64,000 bases of DNA, taken from contig OY740786.1 in the NCBI GenBank assembly GCA_963514005.1, positions 21,700,001-21,764,000 of the forward strand, written 5' to 3'. Made by a program: the position numbers and the translations under genes. Each line of letters opens with the position of its first letter. Positions within the stretch are counted from its first letter, which is position 1. Positions 39,501 through 48,500 of this stretch are shown in pieces. The stretch comes from Raja brachyura (Eukaryota). The notes beneath the pieces were generated by a model. It did no database searches and had not been told where the DNA came from. It saw only the letters and a list, made by a program, of their open reading frames with translations.

Positions 39501-42500
39501 TTATTTAATAGAAAAGCTTAAAAAAAACCCGACAGAAATACCCAACAGGGCAGTCAGCACTGTGGAGGGAGAAGCAAAATTAATATTCCATATCTCTAAC
39601 CTTTCATCCCAATACTTACTCTGGTGCATGTGTTGCAACACAAGGTGCTCTCGAATAATACTTCCCCGAACAACACCTTCAAATATTAATGTCTTATCGC
39701 TCTAGCCGGTTCTTGGAGAATGCAAGTGGCTGGCTGGTGTTCTTTTGGCAGTGGTTACTCTCGATTAGCTGCTCAGCTCCTTGGGACATCTCAAATTTGA
39801 GAAAGGAACTACAGGATTTTTCTTTTTCTTGAACTCACAAATTACAAATTTTTCTTTTTCTTGAACTCACCTGAACTTCTGAATCGGCATCTACCGGTTG
39901 CAGTGGGAACCAGGTATCCCGGTTGTGATACTTCTGAAGTTCATCCTTCTTGACAGCAACCTTCCCTGCAAGCAGAGAATAAGATATCTGCATGATCATG
40001 ATGTTGTCTTTCCAGAATACCCCCACCAGTTTACACACCAACTCAGTTGCTTGTTTTGTCCTCTAAACACCTGCCTCTTGCAAAGACACTATCCCTATGA
40101 GTTCCGCTGATCCTTACCAATCACCCCACCAGCCTCTGCAGTCAACACTTCTTTCTCCAACATTTCCGCCGCCTTCAACGTGATCCCACCACCAGTCACA
40201 TCTTTCTATACCCACCATTTTCCATCTTCCGCAGAGACCATTTCCTCCTCCCTTTGCAACTCCTTCGTTTACTCGTCCCATCCCACCCTAACCACCCCCT
40301 CCCCAGATATCTTCCCCTGTTACCACAGGAGATGCAACACATGTCCCTGTATCTCCTCCCTCACATCCATCCAGGGACGCCATTAATCCTTCCTAGTGAG
40401 ACAGAGGTTCACATGTAACTATTCAAACCTCATCTGCTGCATTCAAACGCTAAAATAATATATAATTAATAGCAAAAACTGACTGTTTTTGTGCACGTGT
40501 TGACTTTTGCTCATATGTTAAAACATGCATTTTCTGCTAAGCTGCACAGGAGAGATTCTGAACTTAACATTCTTAGGCCCCCTTCGGTCATGGCTGACCA
40601 TGGGAGGCTCCAGGGTGCTATTCCCTATATGGAGGACGACTGTGCGTGACATTGTTTAACGTGGGGAGACTGGTGCACAGACAGCTACCCCATGGTCCTT
40701 GACAGATCTGGGTCAGGATCCAGTGGCATGGAGTCCAAGACGACCGGAGACCCTTTTCTGCTGCAGCTTTCATCCGCCTTCCCAGCCGTTGTGATGCTCC
40801 ACTAAGGTCAGCCATCATCCTCTGACTGTTCCACCGTTGAGGTCTTGGTTGGATTGCTCTTTGTCAGAGACCTCCCCCTCTAACTTTCTGCCATGGGTGG
40901 CCCTACCAGGAGCACAGCTCTAGACGGCATCATTGTCAGGATCTCAGGTCAACACAAACTTCTCCACCACGACAAGGTGACAATCCACGGAGAAGACTTA
41001 GCATTATCAACCTTGAAAACCATTTTCTGAGTAACTAACGGTAATATTCACATCTGCTTCTCTTCCTGAAATTGTGAAATCCTGAATCTACTTTCTAATG
41101 GTTTCATGGTGAATACAAAGATTTTCCAGCTCCTGACGCATCTGCATAAGTTCTTATTCACATTTGGCTTTCATTAGCTGTAGGTCTTTCTTTGGTTGTC
41201 ATTACCAGTAGGCTGCTTAGAGGAACTGCTCATTGCTGTGTGACACCATGTGATTCAGTTTTCATATCTTGAACTAACAAACATTCCTTCAACTCGAACC
41301 CTTAAACGCACAGAATCGGGAACAGCTTCTTCCCATCCTTCGAAACAGATTTCTTTCCATCGTTGGTCGGTGACCTCGGTGGGCCGAAGGGCCGGTTTCC
41401 GCGCTGTACCTCTAAACTAAACTAAACCAAACGGTGGATGCCTATGCGTTGCATTTTTTAACATGGGGAGGATGGACAGCCAGCTCGTGGTCCTTGACAG
41501 AGAAAGACCTGGATCCAACAGCATGCACTCCACAATAGTTGAAGTCTCTCCCTGCAGCAGCCATCTTCTGCCTTCTCAGTGGTGCTCCACCTGCTGGCCA
41601 GCCAACATCCTCTGCCTGTTTCACCACTGAGGTCTTCTTGGGCCACACTTTGTCAGGAACCTCCCTCTCAACTTTGTTGCCATGGGTAACCCTGCCAGTC
41701 CCATTCATCAGTGATCGTGTAAGTTGCATGTAGGTTCCACAAGCAATTCAAATGGCATTTTAACTTTTAACACAATTATATTTAAGTACAGTGGCAAGGA
41801 AGATTTACTGCAATTAAAAAGGGGCTGGTTAAGACTGAACATGGAGTATTGTGCTCGGCTTGATCTCCTTACCTATGAAAGGAATATATCCATGCTGTAG
41901 TGTAGAGGAATGTAGTGAAGGTTCACTTGATTAGTTTGCCCCATGTGGAGAGTTTGAGTAAATTGGGTCTTTATTCCCTTGTGTTAAAAGACTGAGAGAA
42001 GATCTCATTGAAACGTAAAATTTGTACAGGTCTTGGCAAGGCGAGGAGTGTAGAACCACGGTATGGGGAACAAAAGAATAAATCCTAGCCAAAGACTGAA
42101 AAAAGGTTGGTTCCCTACCTGTTATCCACCTCACCTATAATAGGCAAATTCATCCAGAGGTTTCAAATGGTTAAACATCATAGCTCAGTTTGGAATTTAT
42201 GAGGTTATTTAATTTACAATTTCTCTTTATGAGACTTAAAGTGATGAATAATCTAATACTGAGTCACTTTGTGAATAAATAATCCAGTATAACCATTACT
42301 CAGGCTTTTGACCAAGCTTCACTTCAAACCTTCACTCAGACGGTTCTGATGAGCACATCTGGTTATACCCATTAGCCAACCCCCAAATACATAGCACACT
42401 TCTTCCATGGCTGCATCCTGTTTGATTGCTGATGGATGCTCAAATCAAACCGTTACTTGAATTTCTCACTCACTGCACCATTTTTAGTTTGTGAAGTGTA

Positions 42501-45500
42501 GTTACTTTCAATGAAGTATGAATCAATTTGGAATATTCTGTTACCTTTAGTTGACATGTAATTGCACCTAACGCTTCTAAAATAAATGCAATTACCCAAA
42601 AGCTACAAAATGTTCAAATCTTGTAAAGAGCTCTCTCAGTTGGACATTAAAGTTAACATGATATTACTTCAAAGAGATGGAGCCAAGTTCTCTCTAGAAT
42701 CATTAGCAATATTTATCCCCAACCAACACCACTGAACCAGAACATCACACAAGAAGACACAGAGTGCTGGAATAATTCAGCGGGTCAGGCATCATCTCTG
42801 GAGAAAATGGATAGGTGACGTTTTGGTTTGGGTAAGGATCATGACCTGAAACGTCACCTATCCATGTTCTCCAGAGATGCTGCCTGACCCACTGAGTTAC
42901 TCCAGCACTTTGTGTCTTCTTTTGTACTCCAGCATTTGCATTCCTTGTTTCTTCATCCTGCTCCTGATAACAGTAGCTTGCTGTTCCTCAACGGACTGTC
43001 TTGCAACAGTCTACATTTCATTGGTTGCATATTTCACTGGAAAATCCTGAGGTCATGCAAGGTATTATAGAAATACTTAGTAACTGGGCATGGGAAATAA
43101 GTGTAACACAATAGTAAAAATGTGTAAATCCTCACTAAATCCATGATTAGGCCAGTTTTAAAATGTTAAGTACCGATCTTAAACTCCATTAGCTCATATT
43201 CCTAGGAATAAAAGGCCATTTCATGGTGTCCCAATTGTGAGCTCTGGGCTTGTGGAATCAGAGGACAACACTGCTGCCATCATCGGTCTCCTCTGATTAA
43301 AGCCCAAGGCAGGATGACAGATTATGCAATCTGTTTATCTGAGCAAACACTCTGATGATGCATGCTGGAAACTCTGTTGGTAAGGAAACATTGAGCAGAA
43401 TGATTAATGCTGGAACAGTCTGCATCAGAATTAAAATGAGAACAAACGTTGACAGGTTTCCAGATCAATAGTGCAGTAGCCTGAGTGGCTCGAAGAAAAT
43501 CTCAAGCCTGCAGTCATCAAATGATCACATTTCCTCCAAGATCTCTGTGCTCCTTTATTTTCAACCTCTTGCGCAACTTTGATGCATCGCTGATGGCCAT
43601 GTCGTCAGCTGCCTGGACGCTGGACTCCAGAATCTCCTCAATAAACCTCTCCTTACCTCATCTGGAATCACCTGTTCAAGATGTCTATTAACATTTATTT
43701 CTTTGACCAGCTTTTCATCATCTATGAATGTCTCCTGATGGGAGCGCTTCATCCAAGAATGCTTCCACAAAGCATCATGAGACATCGTATTATGTTAAAG
43801 TTGACATCCAAGGCTCAGTCAGAGCTTTGTTGACTCTGAGTCAAAATATTCTGTGTCCGAGTGCCACTGGAGAGACAGAAGCAGAAAAGCCCAGGCCAGT
43901 GGACGACTGAGGGAATGCTGCACTGTCACAGGGGCTGTACCTGGGGTGTGTCATTCAGTTGGAGGAATAATGCTGAATCCCTCCACAAGAGCTCGCATGG
44001 CATCAGTGAGTTGAATAGTTACATTCTGCGATGTGACAATGTTAAAAAATGGGCATCTTAAGTTGAAGTTGTGATGCAAATCACTCTCGTTTGCATGTGG
44101 CACTCAAACCTCAACTTAAATCTTGAGGTCGAAAATGAAAACATAAAATGTTGGAAACAGTCACCAGATCAGGCAGCATCTCTGGAGATGGAGAGTTAAT
44201 GATTCATATTTCTTTGTCTGATGCTGTCTGGTTTGCTGAGTAGTTCCAGCATTATGTGCTGCTCTTTCAGAGTTCCAACATCTGCAGTTCTTCAATCAGT
44301 ATTGAGCTCTGTGATTGATTGATTGTTTTGCTGCTCTAGCTTGTGCTTCAAAGTTGTAGTATTTCAATTTACTAAAATGTCTGGTACTGTGTGAAGTGTG
44401 CAGAAAGTTAACATGGAGCTTCCAGCCTTTAGAATTTCTTCTGATCAACTTGTTAGCAAATGTGATTCTTATGGTCAAAATTACTTACAGCACAGAAGGA
44501 GGCCATGTGGCCCACTGAGTCTATGCTGGCTCCCACAGCAATTTCATCCACCCTCTTATTTCCCTGCAACCTATTTTACACCTTCTGCTCCTCTGACAGC
44601 ATGGTATTCCCTCAGTATTCCCCTCCCTCAGTGCAATGCTCCCTCGCCACTGCCCCTCCAACAGCACAACACTCCCTCCGTACTGTAATGATAATGGGCA
44701 CATTGGTTGACATTTTTCATAACTCATAGAACGACACCATGGCGCAGCGGTACAGTTGCTGCCTACAGAACCAGTGACCCAGGTTCGATCCTGACTATGG
44801 GTGCTGTCTGTACAGAGTTTGCATCTTCTCCCTGTGACTCTGTGGGTTTCCCCCAGGTGCACTGGTTTCCTCCTACACTCCAAAGACGAACAGATTTGTA
44901 GGTTAGTTGGCTTTGGTAAAATTGTAAATTGTCCCTTGTGTGTAGGATAGTGCTAGTGTACGGGGTGATCGCTGGTCGGTGCAGACTAGGTGGGCCGGAG
45001 GGCCTGTTTCCGCACTGTATTTCTTAAGTCTAAAGTAAAGTAAAACTCCGGGAGGATACCAGAAAATTGGAAACAGCCAATATGACTTCCTTGTTCAAAA
45101 AGAGTGAAAGGCAGAAGACAGGGAACTATCAGCCAGTTTGTTCAACAGCAATCCCTGGCATGATGCTAGAGTCAATCATCAAAGAGGAAACAGTTAATCA
45201 TTTAAAAATGCTGAATATAATTAAACCGTGTCAACATGGTGTTATGGAAAGTAAATCATGTTTGATAAATTTGCTCAAATTCTTTGAGGATGCAATGGGA
45301 AGAATTGATAAAGGGAAACATATACATGTTTAGATTTCCAAAAGGCATTTGACAAACTGCCATGTAAGAGACTGGTGCATTAATTAAAAGTCTATGGTTT
45401 TGGTCGAATTGTATTAGAATGGTTTGAAAGCTGGTAGTCTCATAGAAAGTAGAGAGCTAGAATAAATGGATTTAGTTGAGAGATACAGCGTGGAAACAGG

Positions 45501-48500
45501 CTCTTCGGCCCACTGGGTCCGCGCCAACCAGCGATCCCTGCATATTAACACTATCCTACACCCACGAGGGACAATTTTTACATTTTTGCCAAGCCAATTA
45601 GCCTACATACCTGTACGTCTTTGGAATGAGGGAGGCAACCAAAGGTCTCGGAGAAAACCCGCGCAGGTCACGGGGAGAAATTACATACTCCGTACTGACA
45701 AGCACCTGTAGTCCGGATCGAACCCGGGTCTCCGGCGCTGCATTCACTGTAAGGCAGCAACCGTGTCGTCCTGGGCTATTTTCAGACTGGAAAGAAGTAA
45801 CTCATGGAGTACCTCAGGGATCAGTTCTTGGCCTGCATTTGGTCACTATTTACATTATTGAACTGGAGGAAGGAACAGCATGTAAAGTTTCCAAATTTGT
45901 CACTGATATGAAAATAGGTGGAAGGGCATGTTGCCTGTGATACTGTGATTCTGCAACAGGATATAGATATGATGAGCAAAGTGAGCAAAGCAGACTGATG
46001 GGGAAGTATAAGATCATGCACTTGGGTACGAGAAATTAAAAGGCAGATTATCTGAATGGAGAGAGACTGTAGAATGCAGTACAGAGGAATCTAGGTGTTC
46101 TAGTAAATGAATCACAAAAAATTAGCAGACAGATCGAACAGATCAAATGGTATTTTGGCCATTGTAAAGCGTTGGGAGTTTAAAAATAGGAATGTTCTGC
46201 TGTTATTGTACAGAGTGTTGGTGTGGTCTGAAATATTGCATCTGGTTTTGTTCCCCTCACTTAAAAAACTATAGTAACATTGGAGGCAGTCCAAAGGAAA
46301 TTAATATCAGCTAATTCCTGATTTACTAGAATGTTGTCTGGGTTCCAGCAACTAAGTTACAGAGAAAGGTTGAACAAGTTAGGTCTTTATTCTTTGGAGC
46401 GCAGAAGGTTAAGGGGGGACTTGATTGCGGTCTTTAAAATGATGAAAGGGATAGACAGAGTTGACGTGGATAAGCTTTTACCATTGAGGGTAGGGAAGAT
46501 TCAAGGAAGAGGGCATGACATGAGAATTAAGGGACAGAGGTTTAGGGGTAACATGAGGGGGAACTTCTTTACTCAGAGAGTGGTAGCTGTGTGGAATGAT
46601 CTTCCAGCAGTAGTGGTGGAGGCAGGATCGATTTTAACATTTAAAAGTAAAGTGGATAGGTATATGGACAGGAAGGGAATGGAGGGGTATGGTCTGAGTG
46701 CAGGCAGATTGGACTAGGGGAAAATAAATGGTCGGCACGGTCTACAAGGCCGAGAAGGCCTGTTTCCGTGCTGTAATTGTTATATGGTTGTATGGTTCCT
46801 GATATGAGAGGGTTGGCCTACCAAGAGAGAGCAAATAGTTTGGGCCTATATTCCTTGGAGTTTAGAAAAATTAGGAGTGACCTTATTCAAACATAAGGTT
46901 CTGTGGTGCTTTGACAGCAAAGATGTTGGGAATGCTTTCACAAGTAGGAGAGTGCAATCAAGGAGGCATATGTATTAGGCGGGGCCAGTCATTTTAAATG
47001 TAGACTGATAAATAGAGTTTTATGTGGGGAAGTGTGAGATCACGCACTTGGGTATGAGACATTAAAAGGCAGATTATCTGGATGGAGAGAGACTACAAAT
47101 AAATGAAGTACACAGGAATATAGGTGTTCTCACACATGAATCGCAAAAAAAACACATTTAAAATCACAATCACATTTAAAATGACTGGCCCGTTCAGATA
47201 ATTTTAAATGATAAGTAGAAATGTCTTCTCACAATGAATAAAGACTCTATGAAATACTCTGCCCCAATGTATGGTGGAAGCTGGATCATTGGAGGTATTT
47301 AAAGCAGAGATAGATAAATATTTGAAATATCGAGGAATAGAGGAGGAAGGGGAAATGGCATAGAAGTGGAAATGCGGAGAGCACAGATCACCCATGTTTA
47401 TATTGAATGACAAAGCAATGACTTACTCCAGCATCTATTTTCTTATGTTCTTGGGTAGTGCTCTGTACTGCCCGACAGCTTATGAGACCAGCCAACATAC
47501 CCAATGTAGTACTGAAGTCCTGCACTTCAGAATTGGCTTATCCTTCAGCCAAACAGTTCCAGTTCAATGTGAAATTATGGAAAACTGCCCATGTACATCC
47601 TGTTTGCCAAAAATGCAGGACAAATTCAATTTAACTTAATAATCAGCAATTGAAGCTGTCGTCAACAGAGCTATCAAGCAGCAGCTGCTCACCTGCTCAA
47701 TCATGCCCATTTTGGGTTGCACCAGGACCACTCTGCACCAGACCTCACTCAACCTTGGGCGAAAATGGACCAAAGAACTGAATTGCAGAGGTGAGGTGAA
47801 AGTGGCTGCTCTTGGACATCAAGGCAACATTTGACTGGATGTGGCATCACGGAGGTCAATCGTTACAGCTCCAGGACATCACTTCAGGAGTACTTCAGGA
47901 CAGTGTCCTTGGCCCAACCATCTTCAGCTGCTTAATCCTCACTTTTGTTCTTCCTTCCATCATTAGGTCAGAAGTGGGGATGTTCTTCAATGACTGAACA
48001 ATGTTCAATTTTGTTCACTACTCCTCTGCAAATAAAGCAATCCATGCCTGCATGCAGCAAGACATAGGCTGGTAACATATTCTTCAAAAGAGTGATGGGC
48101 ATTGACCATTTCCAACATGAGACGGTCTAACCCCTTACCCCTGACATTTAACGGCCGACTCTCCATCGTCAATATTCTGGGGTCACCGTGACCAGAAACT
48201 CAACTGGAGCATTCACATAAATACTTCACTCCAAGAGCAGGATATCCGAAGGCGAGTAACTTACCTCCTGACACCCAAAGTCCTTCCACTGTATACAAGG
48301 CAGAAAGCAGGAGTGTGATGGAACATGCTCTACTTGCCTGGATGAGTACAACTCCAACAACTGTAAAGAGGCTCAACATCTTTCAGGACAAACCAGTACA
48401 CTTGGTCGGCACCACACCAACCACTCAAAACATTCATTCCATCCACTGCTGGTGCAGTGGTTGCAGTATGTACCAGCAAAATAATGTGCTGCAGTCACTC

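Noticed and set aside
43561-43785. 74-aa ORF with an internal GAG|GTAAGG donor, possible extra exon
   Set aside because: No RASA3 homology, exons 3 and 4 already join in phase, and the DNA resembles a decayed L2-type repeat.
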